Source: Octopus sinensis (lineage: Eukaryota). Taken from it: a stretch of 64,000 nt of DNA. The position numbers and the translations under genes were made by a program. Positions 28,501 to 41,800 of the stretch are shown one piece after another. How positions within the stretch are numbered: position 1 is the stretch's first letter; every line of letters begins with the position of its first letter. Below the pieces are notes generated by a model. That model did no database searches, was not told the origin of the DNA, and saw only the letters and a list, made by a program, of their open reading frames with translations. The DNA lies in assembly GCF_006345805.1 (NCBI RefSeq), contig NC_042998.1:139500001-139564000 (forward strand). The letters are read 5' to 3'.

Positions 28501-29948
28501 TATCCAAAGGAACGGAAGTGTTTCTTCCACACTCCTTTTGTGCCTTCGATTTTGCTTCCATGACTGACCAGCTTCATGAAACATTTCTCAGGTAAATAAC
28601 TCGCTTTCTAAATGTCTTAAAAGCACCCAGTACACACTGTAAAGTGGTTAGCATTAGGAAGGGCATCCAGCTGTAGAAACCAAGCCAAGTCAGACTGGGA
28701 CCTGGTGCAGTTCTCCTGCTTGCCACCTATGGTCAAACCACCCATCCCATGCCAGCATGGAAAATGGACGTTGAAGGATGATGATGAAGATGGCTGTGTG
28801 GTTAAGAACCTTGCTTATCAACCACATTGTTTTGGGTTCGCTCCCGCTCTTCAGTACCTTTGTCAAATGTCTTCTATGGGCCATCAAAAGCTTTGAGAGT
28901 AATTTGGTTGACAGAAGCTGAAAGAAACTTTGTGTGTGTGTGTAGGTGTGCTTGAATGTGTGCTTGTTTCTCCTTGTCTTGATATAATGTAATAGTTGTA
29001 AATGTGCATTACGATCATTCAGAGTCCTTCATTTCCAATCTTCTGTGAAAATATGTCTGGACCATAGAGAAATATTACTTTGCTTGGAAACAAGTTTGGC
29101 AAGAGGAAGGGCATTTGGCCATTAGAAAACCTACCTCAGTAAACTCTGTCCAACCTATGCAAGCATGGAAAAGTGGACTTTAAAACAAGAGAAACATAGA
29201 TTGGGATATTATTCTTGTGATAATATGGGAATTTTGAGGACTTTGCTGATATTTGTCTTTTATCCCAGTTGTGCTTTATAGAATTTCAAGGTGTACATTG
29301 TAAATTCCAAACATTTTGTAATTGTTACAGTATCTTTTTTACATTTCTTGTTCTCTTCTTTTTAATACCTTGAGCTTTTCTTTTTTCAATTTGTAGTGTA
29401 CCACTTTTTGTTGAAGTCTGGGAGAGAGATCGGAACCTTTCGAAAGATGTTTTGCTTGGAATATGTCGTTTGCCGTTAGCAAAAATATTGACTGCTGAGA
29501 AAACTAGGATTGTTGTAAGTGATTGATGTTTGAACAGTATTGACCTTTAAGATTGTAGAAAAAATATAATAGTAAATTATATATGTATGTTCAATGGTAT
29601 TTAACACATTTGTGTACACTTGAATGCAGGAAGACCTTCTGCTATGAAACTAGTCTCAGGAGAAATTTTTTCATCTCAGACAATATGTGTAAAAACATAT
29701 TGGGCTATGAATAACATCTTTGAATTGTAGGACACAAGCTTTTGCTTTGTTGTATGTTATTAGCCACAAATACTGAAGTCATCTTTCAAAACCCTATCAG
29801 AAGAATATTATATTTTGATGCAAATTACCATTGCCCATCCAACAAATCATACTAAATAAATTTCTTTCAGTTTTAGATCTTTGGCATTTACTGTTTTTCT
29901 CACATGCTTGACACAGTTTGCTCTTTATGCAAAAGAGAACTCTTTATT

Positions 29949-29980
<32 letters not shown>

Positions 29981-32781
29981 TATTATTATTATTATTATTA
30001 TTATTAGTAGTAGTAGTAGTAGTAGTAAACTGTATATGTGTATATATATGTGTGTGTGTATATACACACACACACACACATATATACACACATGATTTCT
30101 AAGGTTTAGCCAAATATTTTTTATCTATACATTTATCTCGGTATATACTCACACCTTCTCTCAAATGTCAGTATAACCATGTGATTTTAATTTCTTATCC
30201 TCAGGATTCATCAAATGGCAATGGATGGAGACAAGTGCACAAAGATACCCTTGTAGTGTCTTCAGCTGATGAGTAAGTTTATAGTTTATTGCCAAAGTGT
30301 CTTTCATTCTTTAGCCATTCCTCTATTAATTATAGCAAAGACTTGAGACATCAGTTACAGTAAAAACATCAATGTATAAATTACAGTAAAGACATTGATA
30401 TATCAAGTCATCATCATCATCGACATCATTCTAACTTCCATTTTTCCATGCTTGCATGGGTCAGATGAAATTTGTTGAGGAAAGTTTTCTACAGATGGAT
30501 GTCTTTTCTGTTGCCATCCCTCACCTGTTTTCGAGCAAGATATTTTCCCATGGAAGATTGGAAATGGACACTGTTTAGCAGTGATGTTTGTTTGCAGCCC
30601 TCATGCAATGTCAAGACAAGGACACATTAATACGTACACACATATACCTACATACATACATATGTGCACACATATACCTACATACATACATACACGCATA
30701 CATATACCTACATATATATGTGTGTGTGTCCAACCCATGCAAGCATGGAAAAGTGGATGTTAAAATGATGATATATGATAGGCTTCTTCCAGGTTCAGTA
30801 TACCACATCCAATCTCAAGGCTTTGGTTGTCCTGGCGCTATAGTAGAAGATACTAATCCAAGGATTAGTATCTTCTACTATAGCATCCAAAGTGGTACTG
30901 AACCTGAAATTATGTGCTTGGGGAAACAAACTTCTAAACTAAACAGCCACATCTGCACCTATTAAACCATGCTTACATCAATTAAATGGTCTGTTGAGAG
31001 GTCTTGTCTTGTAAGTTACTTGGTGACCTCACTGCTGCTGGTATTACATAAAAAGCACCCAGTGCACTGTAAAGTGGTTCATGTTAGCAAGGATATCCGG
31101 CCAAGACAGCCAGCAGAATTTGGTACGGCGTTCTGACTTGCTAGTTCCTGTCAAATCGTCCTACGCAGGCCAATGTAGAAAACTTATAATAAATGATAAT
31201 GTTGCTGTAAGTTTTAAAATATATATATAATCTGTGTTTTATTTTTTATGAAGAATTCCTTTAGAATTTATTAAGCATTTTTGTTTTACTACTTACATCT
31301 ACAGGGGAAAACAGAAAATAGCTACCCTTACTGTGGTTTTAACTCTAGAAGACTGGGGAGCCATCCACGACCAACGCATCATATTAAATGACACATCATC
31401 TCAGGTAAGATGACTCAGCACTTTCACTTTTCCCTTCACTCTTACCATATTTCAGTAAACTGATCACAAATTTCTCCTAAGATTGTCCTTTAAACTGGTA
31501 AACTTATCACCTAGGACTTCATTTTAAGTTACTGTAATTTGAATATGTTCAAAGATGAATTGTTTGTTTCTTTTTTATGTGCATTTTTTTCATGTCAGCA
31601 TGAGTTAGAACATTGTATATTATTGAGGTGATGTTTTTTATTGTCAGCTGGATGCCTTTCCTGCTGCTAACTCTTAACTAATTTTTAACTTAAGCAATTT
31701 TCATTCCACACCTCCTTGAAAGCACTAAGTGACTGGATGATTTACTGACAATGAGATGTCAATAAATATCACTGTCAATAAACATCACAATTTTATGAGG
31801 TAGTGCAGAATATAGGCATACGATACATGTGCATGTACACCCATACACACCTGCAACCATGTCCTTATTCATTAACACACACACATATACACACACGTGT
31901 AAAGGTGCATTGCCTTCACATATGGTTATGTTTATAAACAGCAATAAGGCATTTGAATATAATTAAAAGGAAAGAACATGAAATTTTAAACTAAAGATTG
32001 TATTTGTTATTATTATTTCTTTTGTTTGCTTCCAGGTCCACAGTGTACCTCAAGAGAATTCTAATACCAATGCTAACAAACTCAAAAATCCTGAGAAAGA
32101 TCTAAGAGAAACTAAGGAGTATCAAGTTGCTATGGAACTGGAAATTTGGAAAGAAGCTCAGAAGCAGAAGTTTGAAAATGAAGTAAGCCTCTATTGAAAC
32201 GAAACTTTCTGTATTCCTGATTAAGAGTACAGTGCAAATCAATAACTTTAATCATTAGGAAATAATGAAATGAAGGATGGGCGCACAGGCATGACTGTCA
32301 TTAAGAAGGTGGTTTCAGGTTCAGTCCCACTGCATGGCACCTTGGCCAAGTGTCTTCTATAGCACTAGGTCGATATAATCCTTGTGAGTGGATTTGGTCG
32401 ATAGAAACTGAAAGAAGCCCATTGTGTGTATGTAGGTATGTATATGTGTGTACATACATACATGTATGTATTTGTGTAGATTAAGAAAGCAGTCTTTTTG
32501 TTTTAACATCATGTGATAGTTGTAAATTAGTGTCACTGTCATACAAGCTGTGTCATTCATTTCCAATCTTCTGTGGAAACATGCCCAGCCATGGAGAAAT
32601 ATTATCTTGCTTGGAAACAGGTGAGGGTTGACAACAGAATGGCAGTCATGCAGCTGCAGAAATGTGACTCAAGAAATTCTATTTGATCCATGCAAGCATG
32701 GTAATGTGGATGTTAAAATAATAATGAGGATGGTGATGATCTCTTTCTCTCTTTTACATATATGTGTGTGTGTAATATGTT

Positions 32782-32827
<46 letters not shown>

Positions 32828-35800
32828 ATCTGAAGTTGAGATATATATTATGAATATATAAATGTGTATAAAATATCTATGGCTCAATAGTATTAATTCT
32901 TTCTTCTTTGTTTTTAGTTGAAACAGAAAGAAATTTCTTACATGAGAGTTTTGGCTGATGAATGGAAGAAAAGAGACAGGGAGCGAGAAGTAGTTCTAAA
33001 GAAGAAGGTTTGTCCGCATTCTATTTTTGCTACTAATAAATCACATGTAAAATATTTTCATTTGTAATTGACATTATTATAACTTAGCATTCTTCATTAA
33101 ACTTTATTTTGATAACTTAATTACGAGAGTTTTCTGAAATATTCACAAGCTGACCAAGATACTTTCATGGTGATGCAGCGTTTGGATCCTATTGGTGAAG
33201 ATGCTTTCATCTTACAGTTCTATATTTAAGAGTTGAGGAATTATGTATATTATTTACATTTGACAGATATTTGTCCTCATCTTGTTTGTTGTTAACACAA
33301 CGTTTCAGCATATATACCCTCCAGCCTTCATCAATGATGAAGGCTGGAGGGTACATCAGCCAAAATGTTGTGTTAACGACAAACAAGATGAGGACAAATA
33401 TCTGTCAAATGTAAATAATGTACATAATGTGCTTTCGTCTTGTTAGTCAAAAAATGTCCTAAACAGCAGATATGACATCATCATCACTGCAATACTGCTT
33501 CCCAGCCAAGTGTTTTTTCATGTTGGGGAATAGATGATAGTCAGATGGGGCTAAATCAAGAGAACAGGGAGATTGATCAACCAGTTAAAGCCACAGTCCT
33601 GCACAACAGCCATTGAAAACAAGGATTTGTTAACTGGAGCATTGTCTTGATGAAACAAGAATTTTTTTGTCAGTTTTGCTGGGCATTCAGTCTTGATAGC
33701 CTTCTGTAATTGCTATAGCAAGTTGGCATAGTACTCTCCATTGATGGTGTGTCCCTTTTGAAGTGATATCTTTGTTTCTGGCCCAAAGTGATGAACCCAA
33801 CACTCATCCTGGGTCAGGAGATGTTCAAGGAAAGCAATTGGGTCTGCCTCAAACAATGTCAGATTTTATTGTGATGTGATCAACCTGGTGCACTTTTGAT
33901 TAGGTGTCAGAAGACATGGTACCCACTGAGCAGAAACCTTTATCATGCCAAGTTCATTGTGTAGAATATTCTCAACTCATGAGATATGCTAATAACATTG
34001 GCTATTTATAGTCAATTGCCTGTCATCAGTCACCATGTGGTAAACATAATAAATGTTTTCCTTGGTGGTGGCAGTTGCAGGACGTCCAGACCTTGGTCAT
34101 CTCTCATGACTTTCTGGTCCCCTCCTAAATTCTGCTGCCCACTTTTGCACTGTTGATAAAGCTGGAGTGTCATCCCCTAATGTAGCAACCATGTCAGCAT
34201 GAATGTCCACGGAGGCTAAACCCTTTTTCTGCAGGTACTTGTTAACACCACAATATCAAATTTAGTTTATTTTCAAACAGAAGTTGCTACTAGTTACTTT
34301 TGAAGTCTTCTCTGAACTGTGAGATGTTAGTTTACCTGGAAAGAAACAATATAGTTATTAATAAGAAGCATTGAAATTAATGCATGCAAGATTTCACAGC
34401 TCTAGCATTGCTCCTTCATAGTCAGCCCATGAACATTTCAGCTCACTCTCATACTTAACACATAACACTAGCATTTAGATTACTCTGCCAAATATAATGT
34501 TTATTTATTCTCATTGTATTTTATTGTATCAAATAGAATGCAAAAGTTGCAGAATTTGAGTTGCAAGATAACTTATGGAGAAGCACAAAGTAAAATAAGG
34601 CTTGTGTTTTCATAGAGTAAAAATTAGTTGACTCCTCTTTCTTTTATGATATTAGGGTTAGCAAGCTGAAACCTAAAAGGTATTTAAGTCTGTGTATTTC
34701 TTTTCTGATACTAGTGTTGGCAAAATATAAATATATTCTTTGATATGAAAAAAATGTTTTTATGTAGCTTTCAGAATACAACCAATTGGAAGAAACTTTG
34801 CAGAAAGCCTTAAAAGATTTAGCTAAGAAAGAACAAGAATTAACTGCCAAAGAAAAAGAGGTGAGCAGTTAAATTCATCAATATTTCACTCTTTATCTGT
34901 TCCCTTTTGTATATGTTTTTGTTTGTAATCTACAAATACACATAGGGCCAAAAAACAAAAAGATACTGGTGATATCCAGGAGGTAGTTTTGGAAAGTATT
35001 CAATAACTACAGGATTGGCTGTGTGGCTAAGAAGTTTGCTTCCCAATCACATGATTTCAGGTTCAGACCCACTGCATGGCACCTTGGGCGAGTATTTCCT
35101 ACTAGAGCCTCGGACTGACTGTAGTCTTGTAAGTGTATTTGATAGATAAAAACAGAAAGGAACCCATTGGGTGCATTTTGTTGTACATGCACACTGACAT
35201 TATACATCCAGTGGAGCATAGTGGCTTCATTTCTTTGAAGCCTTTGCATATCATGTGCAGTCACAGCTCCTGTTTCATTGCCATGTAGTGTAGATGTCTG
35301 TACACAGGCATCATGTATAATCACACCAAACATATGTTGTGAATAATTCAAATGTTACTATTTTATGCTTCAGGTAGTCCAGCTGCGAAATGATCAGAAT
35401 CGAGAACATGAACGTAAGTTGGCTGAAATGAAAGAAGCTTCTCAAAGACTCCAAGATGACTGTGAACATCGCATCCAGTTAGAAAGGTTGTTTACTGCTT
35501 TTAACATTTAAAAAATAATTCACTTTCAGCTTTAACAATTTATCCCCCACTTAAACGTGGATGTTCTATTTGAACAAACTTTACTGCAGTAATTACCATA
35601 AGAGAAACTCTCATATAGGCTTTTTGATGTGAAATACCCTTTTGTTTATATTGCTAGTGGAGAGATAAATCTGTCATTTCCAATGCCAAGAACCCCAGAT
35701 CATGTGATTTCGACCTTGCTTGGTCTTGTCAGTGATGGATACTTGACTGCTGGAGGCAGCTGCAATTCAACAATTTATACAAAACCTCTGTTTTTCAGAC

Positions 35801-38800
35801 ATAGACTTGTGTAGAAAAAGATAAACCCATCTGAAGAAACACAGAAATAAATATTATATAAGCATAATACCATAATTTTAGGCATAGGAGGAAATACTGG
35901 CTGTATATCCCTTATATGCTCTTCATACCCTGGCAAATAATTTGTTACATATATTGGATCATTCCATAAATAATGTGGTTTTTTCAAATTACATTAACTA
36001 AAAGTCAGAGGGGTTCAGGATAAACTTCTTGCATCAGCTTGCGATAAAAGCAGGTAGTAATTTTACCTTGTACTTTTTCTTAGTGCAAGTTTTGAAGAGT
36101 GCAGTTCAATTTTAACAGTTATTTTTTCAAAGCTATTATGGAAGTGACAAAGGGAATATTCGGCATATTTTGCTTTATGAGTTCAATAAAGGCAACAATG
36201 CAATGGAATATTAATGCAGTATATGGGGGTTGGACAATAAGCATAAGCCAGTGTCAACAGTGGTTCTAGAAATTCTGAGCTGGCAACTACAACCTAGAAG
36301 ATGAGCCTCGTCCTGGGAGATTTGTAGAGCTTGATGAGAACATCCTGCAAACCTTGGTGGAACAAAATCCCATCGTAACTGTTGAAGAACTAGCAGAGAA
36401 ACTTGGATTTGGTCATTCAACCATTCATTGACACCTGTGTGCCATTGGGAAAGTCAGCAAATTGGGTCAATGGGCTCCTTACAAACTTTTCTAATCGCAT
36501 GCAGAGAGTGAATGTGTGAGCTTCTTTGTTGTCATGTCCCACGAATGAACCTTTTTGGGGCTGAATAGTAACTGCTTACAAGAAATGGGTTCTCTATAAA
36601 AATGTCAAGCATAGAAGATAGTGGGTAGGGAAAGGAGAAACATTGGCACCCCAGGCTAAAGAAAGTCTTCACCCACATAAGGTGTTATCTGTGTGGAGGG
36701 ATATGAAAGGTTTAGTCCACTTTGAACTTTTAAACCCAAACCAAACGACAACAAAGGAGATCTACTGCAAGCAGCTTGAGTGGCTTAAGTCAGTACTAGA
36801 AGAAAAACAACCATCTTTGGTTTCAAGACGAAAGGTTTCTTCCATCAGGATAATGCTTGGCCACATACAGTGAGGATGACATTCTGAAGGCTGGAGCAAT
36901 TTGAATGGGAAACGATGCCCACTCACCATATTCGCCAGACATTGCCCCATCTGATTATCAATTATTCTGAGGTCTTCAAGATCATTTGGACAGTAGAAAT
37001 ATGAATTCTGTAGATGAGGTCAGAACAGTACTGGAGGAGTATTTTTTGTCACAGACAAGTGAATTTTGGAAGAGGGGCCTTGCAAGTCTACCAGATAAAT
37101 GGAAGAGCATTGTAGAAACTGCAGAGTATATTTTAGATTAAAGAAGAACTTTGTTTATCTTAATTTTGAAAAATAAAAGTATAAAAAGATGCATTATTTA
37201 TGGAATGACCCAATATTTCTCATTCTTTCATTTTATTCAGAGTGAAAACATCAGAATATGAAGGATTGGTCTCTAAATACAAACAGGAGGTAAAGATATA
37301 TTTTTGAATATTTGTATTTCATTTTTTGTTCAGGATATTGTTTTCTGTTTTCATTGACATTATCATATCCATCACAAATACTAGTACTGTCACCATCATC
37401 ACCATAGTTTTGGGCCAACAAAAGCCTTCTGAGTGGATTTTTGTAGATGCTTGCAACAGATTGGTCTCTGCTCAAGTCATCCTTAATGCCAAATTGTGAT
37501 GATAAACCAGTTGACAAATTATATCTAGCACTTGAGTAGGCCTTAATGGGATTTGAATTCAAAATGCAAAGTGTTGGAACAAATACCACAAGGTAGCCGC
37601 TCTGATGTTTTTACAGTTTGACCAATCCACTGTCAAGGATTGGTTGTGTTTTTTATTGATCCCTAAAAGGATTAAAGGTAAAGTTAACTTCAGCAGAATT
37701 TGAACTCAGAAGTGCAGGTGTGCCTGTGTGGTTATGAAGTTTGCTTCCTAACCACATGGTTTTGGGGTTTGGTCCCCACTCTGTGGCACCTTGGGCAAGT
37801 ATTGTCTTCTATTTTCCCTGGCCAAACAAAGCCTTGTGAGTGGATTTAATTGATGGAAACTGAAAGAAGCCTATTGTATGTATGTATGTATGTATGTGTG
37901 TGTGTATGCATGTATGCATACATGCAGTGTCATTTATTTCCATTATCTTGTGAGAACATTTCTGGCCAGAGAGAAATATTACTTTGTTTGCAAACATGTG
38001 AGGGCTGGCAACAGCAAAGGCATCTGGCTGCACAATAAACTGTGTGGCTCCACCCACTAAGACTACAACAGTAACAACAACAATAAACTCTGTCCAACCC
38101 ATATAAGCATGGAAAAGTGGACTTCAAAATGATAATGATGATGAGTGTAGTTAGAATATATTTGCTGATTGTTTTGTACATAGTCATACTTGAGTTTAGC
38201 ACTGAAAAATCAGGAGTTACAGGTAATTGCTTAAAGGTTTAGTTGTATCTCCTTGTGTTAGCTATTTTTTTTTTCATTTACACAGCACATTTTACATGCT
38301 GTAAAGTAGTTGGCATTAGGAAGGACATCCAGCTGTAGAAACCAAGCCAGACCAGACTGGAACATGGTACAGCTCTCCAGCTTGCCAGCTCTGGTCAAAC
38401 CATCCTATCCATGCAACAGATGTTAAAGGCTGATGATGATTATTAGTTAACTATGAATTATCAGTTCTTCAGTTTTTAGGCTGATATCACATCAACTTGG
38501 TTAACTCAAACTTTCTTGTGATGAATAGGTAAGCCAAAGGTTGTTGACTCACTCTGTTTTATTTTTTTCTCACTTTTAAAGTTATTGGATGCTGAGAAGC
38601 GGTATACAGCACTGAGTAAAGAGTTCAGCATTTTCAAAGAACAAGAAAATAGTAAACCTGAGGTCCGTCTGCAATCCGAGATTAATATTTTAACAGTTGA
38701 AAAAGTAAGTATTGCCACAATTAAAATGCAGTTTGTAGTGATTGCTTATGAACAGTATTACATTGTTGCGGAATGTAATTTTTATTTTATTTGTACCCTA

Positions 38801-41800
38801 CATTTAGTTTTTTTAATTAGCATGTGTGAAATGAATTAGATTAGAATATTTTATGAGTCCTAATTGTACAATTCTTCACTGTTAACTGTGTTATCTTTGT
38901 GCAATATACTGAAGCAATTATGGCTCTGTGGTTAAGAAATTTGCTCCTCAACCATATGGTTTTGGATTCAGTTTCATGGAGTGGCACATTGAGCAACAAT
39001 CGTCTACTATATTCTTGGTTGACCAAAGCCTTGTGAATGGATTTGGTAGACAGGAACTAAGAGGAAAATGTTTTGTGTGTGCATGTATGAATGTACATGT
39101 GTATGAGTGTGCATGGAGATGTGTGTGTGTGTGTTTGTGTTGCCATGTCTTGACATCACATGAAAGTTGTGAATAAGCATCACTGTCATGCTGGAGGTGT
39201 CCTTCATTTCCAACCTTTCATGAAAGCACATCTGGCTATGGGGAAATATTACCTTACCTGGAAACAGGTAAGGGTTGGCAACAAGAAGGGCATCCAGCTG
39301 TAGAATATTTACCTCAGTGAATTCTGTCTGAGCCATGCAAACATAGTGAGTATTAAATGATGATGACGATGTTGCTGCTGCTGCTGTTGCTGTTGTTGTA
39401 GTCTTAATGGGTGGAGCCTATTTCTAGGCTTCTGGCAACAGTTGGAAATTGCAGGTGTGAAGAGTAAATGAAGTGAACTGGCTCACTGGAGAAATATATT
39501 TGCACTGCAGACTTTGTCTGTTCAGAACTTACTGTCACTCATTGGTGGGATAGTTCTTAATAACCTTCAATATTGTTGAAGCAAATGTTATACTTTAGGA
39601 TATTCTCTCTATTCTTTATTAGTTGTGAAGTAAGCATTGGACCTGTTATCAGGTTAGAAAACTGAAGCAAGCAGAACTGTATACTTTGTTATAACAACAA
39701 TAATAGTAAGATTTTGAACTCAAGATTATATGACTGGTAGTGTAATTACTTTAACCACTTAGTTATTATATTTCATCTTTTAAACTATTTAAATATGTTT
39801 ACTTTTGCAGGTGGAGTTGGAGAAAAAACTTGATAATGCACTGAAATCAAAAATCCACTATAAGCAGCAGTGGGGACGTGCATTAAAAGAAGTTGCCCGC
39901 CTCAAGCATCGTGAGCAAGTCACTGCCAAAGCCCAGCTTAAAAAACAGCAAGATGAACTGGAGCAAATAAAGTTACGATATTTGGCTAACGAGGAGAAAG
40001 AGAGCATAAAGAGTGACAAACTAGAATTAGAAGTGATCAAGAATGAGTTGAATAAGTTAGTAGTTTTATTGCTTGTATTATTATTATTATTATCATCATC
40101 ATCGTAGTCTACTTTTCCATGTTTGCATAGTTCAGATGGAATTTGTTGAGGCAGATTTTCTACAGCTTGATGCTCTTCCTGTTGCCAACCCTCACCTTTT
40201 TCCAAGTAAGGTAATATTTCCCCATGCCAGACATGCTTTCAAAGAAGACTGGAAACGAAGGATACTGCTTGCTTGACAGTGATGCTTAATTACAACTGTC
40301 ATGCAAAATCAAGGCAAGAGACAATAACATGTGCATGTGCACACCCCATATATATATAGTAGGCTTCTTTCAGTTTCTGTCTACCAAATCCACTCACAAG
40401 GCTTTGGTTGAGTAGGAGGTATAGTAGAAGACACTTGTCCAAGGTGCCACACAGTGGAACTGAACTCGAGACCACAGTCGGGAAGCAAACTTCATTTACA
40501 TACAGCCATGATTGCACCTGTATGTAAATTAGTAATATCAGCTGAATTGCAATTAAGTGTTACTTTAATCTCATTTTGTTTTAACAAGGTTTTATGAAAT
40601 GTGAATTGCTTTGAAAGCTTCTTGGTTGAAACTATTTGAAACCATTCTGGAGAGAAGCTGAATGAATATCACTGCAAAGATGTCGTAGGAACCTTTGTTG
40701 AAGCAAAGCGATATGAAACATTTACTGGAGTTAACCTTTTGTTACCATGTTTTTAGTGAAATACTCTGCCTTCATTTCAATTAATTTTGTAAATAATAAA
40801 TAATCTAGTAAAACCATCATCATCATTCAAGGTCCATTTTCAATGCTGGCATGGGTTGGACGGTTTGACTGGAGATGGAAAGCTGGAGAGCTGCACCAGG
40901 TTCCAGTCTGTTTTGGCTTGGTTTCTATAGCCAAATGTCCTTCCAAATATCAGCCACTCCACAGAGTAAGTGGTGTTTGGAGCATAAATTAACATGAAAG
41001 TTTGATAGATGGTTTTAATTTAGATCACTTTAACCCTTTTGTTACCATGATTTTTTTGAAACATTGCTTTTGTTTCAATTAATTTTTAAAATAATACGAA
41101 GTACTGAAGAACGACCTCAAGACACCGAACCTTTTAGGTGAGATGACAAAGAACTGAGGTGCCTGGTACCTTGCTGTCATATCAAGACAATTACTCCCCG
41201 CCATAGGACAGTTCCCTAGGACAATTACCCTCCTTGGTTAATTACTCCTCTCTAATATATTAAGAAGTTTTAGATCATCATCTGTTGTCCTCAGGGGTAA
41301 TTGTCTTTGGGGGTTATTGTCCATGGGGGGGATGGGGTAAATGTCCTAGGTTTCCTTGCTGTACTCAAAAAAACTTATGCTCTGCAGCAGGAGTGTGAAA
41401 ACTGATCCTTATGGTGGTCTTAAGCACTCATGGCAGTACTGCGTAAAAATGCCCATGTGATGACACGTAAAAGTGCATGTGTGGTGCCAATAAAAGTGTC
41501 CATGTGGTGCCACGTAAACGTGCCTGTGCAGTGCCATGTAAAAGCACCCAGCACACTCTGTAAAGTGCTTGGTGTTAGGAAGAGCATCCAGCTGTAGAAA
41601 CCATGCCAAATCAGACTGGAGTCTGGTGCACTATTAAACACATGTTTTAAGCATAATGTAACATGAAAGTTTGATGGAAGGATTTAATTTAGGTCTCTTT
41701 GAAAAGGGAAATTTATATCATAGAACTACAGGCGATCTTGACAAAATGCAGTGCGAAACATGTTTTTGAATCTTTATAGCATGTCCAGCAAGACAATTTA

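Noticed and set aside
34775-34860. Alternative acceptor (ttcag at 34774) for CEP120 exon 17
   Set aside because: It shifts the frame and hits TAA within 13 codons; the upstream tag acceptor gives the conserved-looking peptide.
40056-40107. Read-through of CEP120 exon 21 giving a hydrophobic C-terminus ([16 protein letters not shown])
   Set aside because: It is an (ATT)/(CAT) microsatellite just after a good donor, and the conserved terminal exon exists downstream.
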